Assembly (NCBI GenBank): GCA_903889245.1
Contig: CAISWQ010000123.1
Span: 3,470 to 67,469, forward strand
Length of the DNA: 64,000 bases
Direction: 5' to 3'
DNA from: an uncultured Lentisphaerota bacterium
GTDB lineage: Bacteria > Verrucomicrobiota > Kiritimatiellia > CAIQIC01
In this document: positions 14,354 through 27,663 of the stretch, piece after piece
Position numbering within the stretch: position 1 is the stretch's first letter
Layout: each line of letters starts with the position of its first letter
The notes under the pieces: generated by a model
Told to the model about the DNA's origin: nothing
Database searches by the model: none
What the model saw: the letters and a program-made list of their open reading frames with translations, nothing else
Translations under genes and position numbers: made by a program

Positions 14354-14425
14354 TTACGGGCCGACGGTGAGGATGGCGGTGTCGCTCCATTCGCCGGTCG
14401 GGTTGCCTTTGTCCCGTGTCATCAT
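14354..14425 (-). pseudogene. Relic C-terminal fragment of a paralog of the adjacent hypothetical gene
   Basis: MMTRDKGNPTGEWSDTAILTVGP* aligns ungapped with R-VGDDRVGQWSAPVSIMVG* of 14428..15117. Confidence 0.5.
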
Positions 14426-14427
14426 GC

Positions 14428-15117
14428 TCATCCCACCATGATGCTCACGGGGGCGCTCCATTGGCCGACGCGGTCGTCGCCGACGCGATAGATCGCGCGG
14501 TAGGTCCACTTGGTGGGCGTCGCGGGCAGCGGCTGCGTGTCGGTATAGCCGGGCGTGGTATCCATCGCAAGCAGGGCATAGCCCTGGCCGCGATCCACCT
14601 GCATCTCGCAGGCGTCGAGGAATTGGGCCTGGCCTGCCCAGCCCCAGTCCACGAAGACCTGTCCGCCCCGCAGCTCGACCTTGATGCTGGGTTGCATGGC
14701 CGCCAGGTCGGGCGCGGTCTGCACGGGGCCTTCGATGCCAAGCGCTTCGCCAAGCGCCGCGTTATAGTTGGCGCTGGCCTTGAGCTGCTTGACCAGCGCG
14801 CGGAAGCGCACTTCGATGCCCACGGCAACGGCGGGCACACTGGCGGGGAACGTGGGGGCGACGGGCGCGCCGGCGACCGGCGCGGTGCCGCCGCCGCGGA
14901 CAAGGTTCTTCCACGCCGTCCATTCCTGTCCCCCGTTCTGCATGGTTTGCTGGCACGCAAGCGTGTAGCCGAAATACTCGGCATCGGCGGCTTGCGCGGC
15001 AACCTGCGCGGGCGTGACGCCCAAGGCCGTGGCATAGGCCGGCAGGTTGGTCTTGACCGTCTGCAACTGCGCCGCAAAGTCGGCGTCACTCCGTTGCAGG
15101 TAATCTTGCTTCGGCAT
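14428..15117 (-). CDS. Hypothetical protein with helical N-terminus and FnIII-like C-terminal domain (frame open to ATG 15270)
   Basis: Strong SD AGGAGAAGGAG before MPKQDYL; C-terminal WTYRAIY...GQWS. Confidence 0.75.
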   Translation of the reverse strand: MPKQDYLQRSDADFAAQLQTVKTNLPAYATALGVTPAQVAAQAADAEYFGYTLACQQTMQNGGQEWTAWKNLVRGGGTAPVAGAPVAPTFPASVPAVAVGIEVRFRALVKQLKASANYNAALGEALGIEGPVQTAPDLAAMQPSIKVELRGGQVFVDWGWAGQAQFLDACEMQVDRGQGYALLAMDTTPGYTDTQPLPATPTKWTYRAIYRVGDDRVGQWSAPVSIMVG

Positions 15118-15360
15118 GGTACTCCTTCTCCTTTTTTGTGTTGGCACTGCACCTTCGGTGGGCGGCGGGACATAGCCCGGATCGCCCGGCTCCAAGATGT
15201 ACGCAGGCTCCCCCCAGCGCAGGTTGGGATCGTCCCACCGATACCCGGCGTCCCAATGGAGGGGTTTCATGAATAACTCACCTTTTCAGCCCCCCAAGGC
15301 TCGTTTGGGCCTGTTTTGACCATAAACAACGGCTCCGGATGATTTTTCGGTGTCCCCGGA

Positions 15361-15549
15361 CCGTTCGTAGGCGCCGCCGGACCCTCCGTAGGCGCCGCCC
15401 GCTGATCCGTAGGCACCGACGGACCATCCGCAGGCACCGCCGGATCGCCCGTCGGGGCCGACCGCACTTCCATCGGCACCGACGCACGAGCGGGGGATAC
15501 CGGTAAAGCGTTCCACCGCACCGCCGGAACGTCCGGGGGAACCGCAGGA
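15361..15549. repeat. Nine degenerate 21-bp tandem units (heptapeptide xGPAVPT on minus strand)
   Basis: ccgttcgtaggcgccgccgga / ccctccgtaggcgccgcccgc / tgatccgtaggcaccgacgga / ccatccgcaggcaccgccgga ... at an exact 21-bp period. Confidence 0.8.
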
Positions 15550-15573
15550 GAGAGCTAGGAGACGGCTACGGCT

Positions 15574-15632
15574 TGGGGCGCTGGGGCGCTGGGGCGCTGG
15601 GGCGCTGGGGCGCTGGGGCGCTGGGGCGCTGG
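15574..15632. repeat. Perfect 8-bp simple sequence repeat (TGGGGCGC)x7
   Basis: Seven identical units counted directly. Confidence 0.97.
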
Positions 15633-15710
15633 ATTGGGGTTCCTCATATCCTGCGGAACAAATAGTCCCGCGCTGTCCACCGCGTCAAGGACTTTTTCGG
15701 TCCGCAACCG

Positions 15711-15845
15711 AACCGCAGAATAGCGAACAAGGAATATCGAAGGCTGAAGGACGGAGGGAGAGCAGAGGTCAGAGGTCAGAAGTCAGAGGTCCGTTTTCTG
15801 CTTTCAGCTTTCAGCTTTCTGCTTTCTGCTTTTTGCTTTCAGCTT
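15711..15845. repeat. Cluster of heptamer tandem repeats (GAANNNC, CAGAGGT, GCTTTCW)
   Basis: gaatagc-gaacaag-gaatatc; cagaggt-cagaggt-cagaagt-cagaggt; gctttca/gctttct run. Confidence 0.85.
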
Positions 15846-15858
15846 TTCCAATCCCTGG

Positions 15859-15891
15859 AAAAAAAAGAAAGCCGGGCCACGGGGCCCGGCT
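15859..15891 (-). terminator. Rho-independent terminator of rpsA
   Basis: AGCCGGGCC-ccgt-GGCCCGGCT followed by TTCTTTTTTTT; U-tract overlaps a single TTCCAATCCCTGGAA unit at 15846. Confidence 0.85.
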
Positions 15892-15913
15892 GGCGATGTG
15901 TGTGGGGTGAAGG

Positions 15914-17671
15914 TTATTCCTTCTTGTCGCCCTTTTCGCCGGGGCGCCACTCTTCCTGCTGCTGCATGGCGGCGCCGAGCGCGGCATCGAGCATCCCGCC
16001 CATATCCACGATGCTCTCGCCGGGGCGCAGCCCTTCGAGCATGGACTCATCCACCTTGAACTCTTCGTCGGGCAACTGCGCGGCCTTGATGGAAAGGCCG
16101 ATGCGGCGCTCGACAGGATCAATTTTGATGACGCGGGCTTCCACTTCCTGGCCAGGCTGGAGCACGTCCTTGACCTTCTGGACGCGGTCGTCGCTGATCT
16201 GGCTGATGTGGACGAGGCCATCGATGCCTTCCTCGATCTCGACGAAGGCGCCGAAGGAGGCGAGCTTGCTGACCTTGCCCTTGACGCGCTGGCCGACTTT
16301 GTACTTCGAGGCGATCGAACTCCACGGATCTTCCTGCGCCTGCTTGAGGCCGAGGCTGATCCGCTGCTGCGAGGGATCGACTTCGAGCACGACGGCCTCG
16401 ACGACGTCGCCCTTCTTGAGGACTTCGGTCGGATGGTTGACCTTGCGGGTCCACGACATGTCGGAGACGTGGATCATGCCGTCCATACCTTCTTCGATCT
16501 CGACGAAGGCGCCGTAGTTGGTGAAGTTGCGGACCTTGCCGGTGATGCGCGTGCCGATCGGGTACTTGTTCTGGACCTCGTCCCACGGGTTGGATTCGGT
16601 CTGGCGGATGCCGAGCGAAATCTTCTGCTCGTCGCGGTTGACGCCGAGGATGACGGCATCCACAGCCTGGCCGACGGTGAGCACATCCGACGCCTTCGCG
16701 ACGCGCTTGGTCCACGAGAGTTCGGAGACGTGCACGAGACCCTCGACGCCTTCCTCGATCTGGATGAACGCGCCGTAGGGCATGACGTTGGTGACGGTGC
16801 CGTGGACGCGGCGGCCGACCTGGTAGCGGGCCTCGATATCGTCCCACGGGTTACGGGTCTTCTGCTTGAGGCCGAGGGAAATCCGCTCCTTCTCGAGGTT
16901 GACGTCGAGGATGAGCACTTCGAGCTCCTGGCCGACCTTGAGCATCTCGGAGGGATGGTTGACGCGGCCCCAGCTCATGTCGGTGACGTGCAGCAGGCCA
17001 TCCATACCGTTGAGGTCCACGAACGCGCCGAAGTCGGTGAGGTTTTTGACGAAGCCCTTGCGGATCTGGCCGATCTGGATATCGCGCAGCAGGCCCTTCT
17101 TCTGTTCCTTGCGGCGGTCTTCGAGCATCTCGCGGCGCGAGACGACGAGGTTGCGGCGCTCCTTGTTGATCTTGAGAATCTTGAACTCGAGCGGCTTGTT
17201 GAGGTAGGCGTCCGGGTCCTTGACCGGCGTAACGTCGAGCTGCGAGCCGGGGAGGAACGCGTCCACGCCGACATCCACGAGCATGCCGCCCTTGACGCGG
17301 CCGACGATCGTGCCTTCGATGACGCTGCCCTCGGTGTAATTTTCCAGGACGCGGTCCCAGTTGCGCTGCTGCTCCGCGCGCTGCTTGCTGACGACGATCT
17401 GGCCGTCATCGTTTTCGAGCTGCTCGATGAGGACCTCGATGGCATCGCCGGCCTTGACGGCGGCGAGGTCTTTGAACTCCTCGCCGGGGATGATGCCCTC
17501 GGACTTGTAGCCGATATCCACGACGACTTCGTTGGAGCGGACTTCGAGGACTTTGCCGCCGACGATGGAGTTTTCCTTGAAGGACTTCAGGGTTTCCTCG
17601 TAGCGGGCGGCCATGGCGGCCTTTTCTTCACTGATGGGAGCGGCGGGGGCCGCGGCTTTTTTCTTGCTCAT
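15914..17671 (-). CDS. rpsA: 30S ribosomal protein S1
   Basis: Six S1 repeats (DFGAFVDL, GLLHVTDMSW, YGAFVEIEEG). Confidence 0.97.
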   Translation of the reverse strand: MSKKKAAAPAAPISEEKAAMAARYEETLKSFKENSIVGGKVLEVRSNEVVVDIGYKSEGIIPGEEFKDLAAVKAGDAIEVLIEQLENDDGQIVVSKQRAEQQRNWDRVLENYTEGSVIEGTIVGRVKGGMLVDVGVDAFLPGSQLDVTPVKDPDAYLNKPLEFKILKINKERRNLVVSRREMLEDRRKEQKKGLLRDIQIGQIRKGFVKNLTDFGAFVDLNGMDGLLHVTDMSWGRVNHPSEMLKVGQELEVLILDVNLEKERISLGLKQKTRNPWDDIEARYQVGRRVHGTVTNVMPYGAFIQIEEGVEGLVHVSELSWTKRVAKASDVLTVGQAVDAVILGVNRDEQKISLGIRQTESNPWDEVQNKYPIGTRITGKVRNFTNYGAFVEIEEGMDGMIHVSDMSWTRKVNHPTEVLKKGDVVEAVVLEVDPSQQRISLGLKQAQEDPWSSIASKYKVGQRVKGKVSKLASFGAFVEIEEGIDGLVHISQISDDRVQKVKDVLQPGQEVEARVIKIDPVERRIGLSIKAAQLPDEEFKVDESMLEGLRPGESIVDMGGMLDAALGAAMQQQEEWRPGEKGDKKE

Positions 17672-17750
17672 GTTTTTCCGATCACGGCACGGCGACTCGT
17701 TGCGGGCCATCCGCCGGGTCAGAGACCCGGCCTACCTCATCAGGTTTATT

Positions 17751-17922
17751 TTCCAGGGCTTGGAAACCGCAGACGCTGGTTTTTCCAAGCCTTGGAAATT
17801 TTCGCCCAATTTTTTCCGGGGCCTGGAAATTTCCACAGGGATTTTTCCAAGGCTTGGGAAAGGAGGGTGCGCTTTGTTCCAAGGTTTGGAAAAAAGGTTG
17901 GTTGAATTTCCAACCCTTGGAA
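17751..17922. repeat. Six-unit TTCCAA-N3-TTGGAA array
   Basis: Units start at 17751, 17783, 17814, 17845, 17877, 17908. Confidence 0.95.
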
Positions 17923-18035
17923 TCAGCCGGCTGGCGCCGGCGTTACGTCATGAACTTCCTGCAACGGTTATGGGTTACGGGCTGATATTTTATGGCGTGC
18001 CGCAGCAGCCCACGTCCGCGGCACGTCAAACCGGT

Positions 18036-18068
18036 AAAAGGGTCGGGCCGACATTGCTGTCGGCCCGA
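18036..18068 (-). terminator. rRNA operon terminator
   Basis: TCGGGCCGACA-gcaa-TGTCGGCCCGA followed by CCCTTTT after 5S. Confidence 0.75.
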
Positions 18069-18074
18069 TAAAAA

Positions 18075-18191
18075 ATCCCGGCAACGTGCTACTCTCCCAC
18101 GGCCTACACCGCAGTACCATCGCCGCTGTGGGGCTTAACTTCCGTGTTCGGAAAGGGAACGGGTGTGGCCCCCACGCTATGATCACCGAGA
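18075..18191 (-). rRNA. rrf: 5S rRNA
   Basis: Reverse complement has CCCGTTCCCTTTCCGAACACGGAAGTTAAG and GATGGTACTG...GGGAGAGTAG. Confidence 0.95.
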
Positions 18192-18249
18192 AAAAATGAA
18201 ATTGCATAGAGAAGGACATTCTTCACACAGCATCGTGTGATGTTAAGTT

Positions 18250-21203
<2,954 letters not shown>

Positions 21204-21266
21204 AAAATTTGGTCACACATATCTCGAACATTCGGTGAAGAATGTTTCTACCCTTCTCTATGCAAT

Positions 21267-21278
21267 TGTCAAAGAACT
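21267..21278 (-). promoter_or_regulatory. BoxA-like antitermination site in ITS
   Basis: AGTTCTTTGACA upstream of 23S. Confidence 0.6.
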
Positions 21279-21359
21279 GACCCGCGATGCGGGAAATTGA
21301 ATATTGCTTGCGGCGCGACCATCGCGCAGCAACCGACATTCAATTGATCAACGGCGGCT

Positions 21360-21436
21360 TGGTGGGCGTGCCTGGAATCGAACCAGGGACCTCGTCCTTA
21401 TCAGGGACGCGCTCTAACCAGCTGAGCTACACGCCC
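21360..21436 (-). tRNA. tRNA-Ile (GAT)
   Basis: 77-nt cloverleaf, anticodon loop CTGATAA, CCA end. Confidence 0.96.
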
Positions 21437-21517
21437 AACGGTATTGCCAATTTTTGATTTGCGATTTCCGATTTTGGAAATTCGGCAATCAGCAATCGGC
21501 CTTCGGCAATCTCTGAT

Positions 21518-21593
21518 TGGTGGAGGCAACCGGGCTTGAACCGGTGACCCCGAGCTTGCAAAGCTCGTGCTCTCCCAACTGAGCTATGCCCCC
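21518..21593 (-). tRNA. tRNA-Ala (TGC)
   Basis: 76-nt cloverleaf, anticodon loop TTTGCAA, CCA end. Confidence 0.96.
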
Positions 21594-21797
21594 AACAATG
21601 TGACGGCATGTCCACGATTCCGAACCCGGCTTTGCGCCGCCGTTCAGAACAACCCACGAACTCGCTTCGAGACCGAAGCGGTGCGATTTCCACTAACCTG
21701 ACAGTAGCCCTTGACTCATCTTGCGATGAGTTGCGTTCCGCTTGCGCGAAACGATTGTCTCTCCAATCTGAAATCTGATTAGGATTTCAAACGGATG

Positions 21798-23375
<1,578 letters not shown>

Positions 23376-23532
23376 AAAACTTTGAGCTGCCGTGTCGGCT
23401 CGCGACATCGGCATTTAATTGACCCAAGTGCAGTTATGCTGTTCGCAAAACTGCGAAAATCTACCGCAGGCTTAAAACTACATAGAAATCGCACCGCTTC
23501 CGTATCGAAGCGATGCTCGCGGGTTATTCTGT

Positions 23533-23544
23533 TTTCAAAGAACC
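23533..23544 (-). promoter_or_regulatory. BoxA-like site in rrn leader
   Basis: GGTTCTTTGAAA upstream of 16S. Confidence 0.6.
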
Positions 23545-23732
23545 AGACAACAAAAGACTTCCTTCTGGCCCATTTTATTACCGTGGGCCAGCGGAGTCCC
23601 ACTATCATATATTAACGCCGGAATTTCTTGCCAGCGCTCGTTCACATACAAGCAAATTTCGACTCGCTCTTCTCTTCGCCGCCGCCAAGTTTATTGCTGG
23701 CAGCGAAGCATGTACGTGACGAATGTGGCGAC

Positions 23733-23780
23733 AGAGTAAAGCAGCACTGCGGTTGCGTCAACAACTTTTTTCAAAAAATT
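23733..23780 (-). promoter_or_regulatory. Putative rrn promoter with UP element
   Basis: TTGACG-17nt-TACTCT with upstream AATTTTTTGAAAAAAGTTG. Confidence 0.65.
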
Positions 23781-23813
23781 ACTATTATTTTTTCTGCCAA
23801 CCTTTCCGCCTCT

Positions 23814-24287
23814 CTATCCGGCCCAATTCCACCGCAAGGCAGCACAATAGACAATGTGATTCAGCGCAAGCGCATACACAGAAGAGATGACATCATCAAC
23901 AGTAATCCCCCAGCCTCCTTGCAGGCTCTGAAGCTGACGCGCAGGATAAGGCTTGATGATGTCCAACGCACGATGCGTCAGGAAGGCTAAGACAAGTAGA
24001 GGCCATGAGAACGGCAGGCCGATCATGGTGATCGGGAACGTCAGGTATTCATCCGCAACGACACAATGCGGATCCTTTATTCCAGCCTTTTTCTCTCCTA
24101 CCCCACAAATCGGGACTGCCAGCAGGGCAAGGCCGCTGCAAGCAACGATCTGCCACGGCCAGGCACATTGACTCATCAACCAAGCCAGCGGCAAGCCCAG
24201 CAACGTTCCCACCGTCCCAGGAGCAAATGGGCTATGCCCCAGACCAAAGCCCGTCGCCAAAGCATTCACGAATTGTGTCGCTTGCAT
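23814..24287 (-). CDS. pgpA: Phosphatidylglycerophosphatase A
   Basis: GFGLGHSPFAPGTVGTL, DPHCVVADE, DIIKPYP, GGWGITVDD. Confidence 0.92.
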   Translation of the reverse strand: MQATQFVNALATGFGLGHSPFAPGTVGTLLGLPLAWLMSQCAWPWQIVACSGLALLAVPICGVGEKKAGIKDPHCVVADEYLTFPITMIGLPFSWPLLVLAFLTHRALDIIKPYPARQLQSLQGGWGITVDDVISSVYALALNHIVYCAALRWNWAG

Positions 24288-24332
24288 CCGGACGGAGTTT
24301 AGCACGCAGACCATCCCCAGCAATACGCTTTC

Positions 24333-24361
24333 TTGACGTGGCAAGGGGGATGCCCTAGTTT
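24333..24361 (+). promoter_or_regulatory. Putative sigma70 promoter of tig-clpP-clpX
   Basis: TTGACG-17nt-TAGTTT. Confidence 0.55.
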
Positions 24362-24409
24362 ACCGCCCGCCTTTTCAGAGGCAGTATCAACCATCGAAAG
24401 AGGAAGCGG

Positions 24410-25732
24410 ATGAAGTGTACGATTGAAGAACTCGGATCCTGTCGTAAGAAATTGAATATTGAATTTTCCGCCGAGGAAACAAGCTCGGAATTCAACACCA
24501 CGCTAAAAAGCTTTACCAAGGCCGCACGCATTCCTGGTTTTCGTCCTGGTCGCGCGCCGGCGGCCATGGTGCAGCGGCACTACGGCAAGGAAATCGCGGA
24601 GGAAATCCGCGACCGGCTGGTAGCACGCGGCTATCATGACGCCATCGCCGAGCACAAGTTGGACGTGGTGGAGTTATTGGATGTGACTGACGCTCACTTC
24701 GTGCTCAACCAACCGCTCGCGTTCAGCGTGACGCTGGATGTCCCGCCGCAGTTTGACTTGCCGGCTTACAAAGGCATCGCGCTCACCGGCACCAAGGTCA
24801 TTGTGCGCGATGACGAAGTCGAAGGAACCCTCAAAGGTATGCTGGAGCGACAGGCCAAGTTCGAAGATGTGACCGGGCGCGCCGTGCAGAAGGGCGATTT
24901 GGTGCAGGTTGATTATGTCGGCATGAGCGATGGCAAGCCAGTCGCGGAGATCGCGCCTGAAGCCGCGGGGCTCGGCAAGATGGATGGCTATTGGATGCTG
25001 GTCGAGGATGAGCATGCATTGCTTCCCGGACTTGGCGCGGCGCTGATTGGTGCAACGATGGGCGAGACGAAGCAGGCCGAGGTCAAGTTCCCGGCCGATT
25101 TCAGCCGCAAGGAACTCGCGGGTAAGTCCGCACAGTACACGGTGACGGTCAAGGCGATTCGCGAACGCAAGCTGCCGGCGAATTACGAAAGCTTGTTCAA
25201 GCCGTTCGGCGCAGAAAACGAGGAACAACTCCGGGCGCGTATCCGCAAAGATCTGCAAGCCTTGAAGGACAATCAGGAGCAGCGGCAGCGCCGCGATGCC
25301 GCCGCGCAATGGCTCCTTGCCAACACCAAGGTCGAGGTGCCCGAATCGGTCGTACAGCGCGAGACCCAGAGCAACGTCTATGATGTGGTCAGCCAGAACA
25401 TGCGGCGCGGGATCGCCAAGGAAGAGATTGAAACGCATCGCGGCGAAATCTTCGAGGCCGCCAAGCGGACCGCTACCGGCGACGTGAGGTTGCGTTACAT
25501 CCTGCATAAGATCGCCGACGCCGAGTCCATGGACGTCAGCGCCGCGGAACTGGATGCCGAAATCCAGAAGATCGCCACGCAGTCGCGCATGACCCCGCAG
25601 CAGGCGCGCAGCCAGCTCCAGAAGAACGAGCGCTTAGAAGCCCTCCGCGAGGCGCTGCGCCGCGACAAGTCGCTCGACCTCGTGCTGGCCCAAGCGGTGG
25701 TCACAGAGGTCGAGGCCCCGGAGAAAAAATAA
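24410..25732 (+). CDS. tig: Trigger factor
   Basis: [10 protein letters not shown] ribosome-binding motif, FKBP-like domain; precedes clpP. Confidence 0.95.
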   Translation: MKCTIEELGSCRKKLNIEFSAEETSSEFNTTLKSFTKAARIPGFRPGRAPAAMVQRHYGKEIAEEIRDRLVARGYHDAIAEHKLDVVELLDVTDAHFVLNQPLAFSVTLDVPPQFDLPAYKGIALTGTKVIVRDDEVEGTLKGMLERQAKFEDVTGRAVQKGDLVQVDYVGMSDGKPVAEIAPEAAGLGKMDGYWMLVEDEHALLPGLGAALIGATMGETKQAEVKFPADFSRKELAGKSAQYTVTVKAIRERKLPANYESLFKPFGAENEEQLRARIRKDLQALKDNQEQRQRRDAAAQWLLANTKVEVPESVVQRETQSNVYDVVSQNMRRGIAKEEIETHRGEIFEAAKRTATGDVRLRYILHKIADAESMDVSAAELDAEIQKIATQSRMTPQQARSQLQKNERLEALREALRRDKSLDLVLAQAVVTEVEAPEKK

Positions 25733-26352
25733 TGACGACGCACAATCAGTTGGTCCCGATGGTCGTCGAACAGACCGGCCGCGGCGAGCGCGCCTACGAC
25801 ATCTTCTCGCGCCTGCTCAAGGACCGCATCGTGTTCATCGGCACCGCGATTGATGACGAGATCAGCAACCTCATCATCGCGCAGATGCTCTTCCTCCAAG
25901 GCGAAGACGCCGAGAAGGACATCAGCTTCTACATCAATTCGCCAGGCGGCTCCGTGACGGCCGGGCTGGCGATCTACGACACGATGCAATATCTCAAGTG
26001 CGATGTGGCAACGTATTGCGTCGGCCAGGCGGCGAGCATGGGCGCCGTACTGCTCGCGGCCGGTGCCAAGGGCAAGCGACACGCACTGCCGAACGCACGG
26101 ATCATGATTCACCAGCCATGGGGCGGCGTGCAGGGCCAGGCCACCGACATCAGCATCCAAGCCAAGGAAATCCTGCGCCTGCGCGACAACCTGAACAACA
26201 TCCTCGCGCACCACACCGGCAAAGCGCTCGACGCCATCTCGCACGACACCGACCGCGATTTCTTCATGTCCGCCGAAGAAGCGCGCAACTACGGCCTGGT
26301 TGATCAAGTCGTCACCAGCCGCCGGCTGGGCGCGGCGACAAAGGAGAAGTAA
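25732..26352 (+). CDS. clpP: ATP-dependent Clp protease proteolytic subunit
   Basis: [32 protein letters not shown]. Confidence 0.98.
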   Translation: MTTHNQLVPMVVEQTGRGERAYDIFSRLLKDRIVFIGTAIDDEISNLIIAQMLFLQGEDAEKDISFYINSPGGSVTAGLAIYDTMQYLKCDVATYCVGQAASMGAVLLAAGAKGKRHALPNARIMIHQPWGGVQGQATDISIQAKEILRLRDNLNNILAHHTGKALDAISHDTDRDFFMSAEEARNYGLVDQVVTSRRLGAATKEK

Positions 26353-26355
26353 TCC

Positions 26356-27651
<1,296 letters not shown>

Positions 27652-27663
27652 AGGGAGCGGCTG

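Noticed and set aside
14360-14415. c-di-GMP-I riboswitch-like start (AAAGGCAACCC) upstream of the PEP-CTERM gene
   Set aside because: It lacks the GGGACGCAAAGCC-type continuation and P2 pairing; the segment is better explained as a relic coding fragment.
15555-15557. Pyrrolysine recoding of the in-frame TAG
   Set aside because: No pyl genes or tRNA are in the window and TAG is used as a normal stop elsewhere (e.g. nusG); a nonsense mutation is more parsimonious.
17751-17922. CRISPR interpretation of the palindrome arrays
   Set aside because: Repeats are only 15 bp and degenerate, spacers are 16-17 nt and homologous between loci, arrays are scattered and some are translated, and there are no cas genes or leader.
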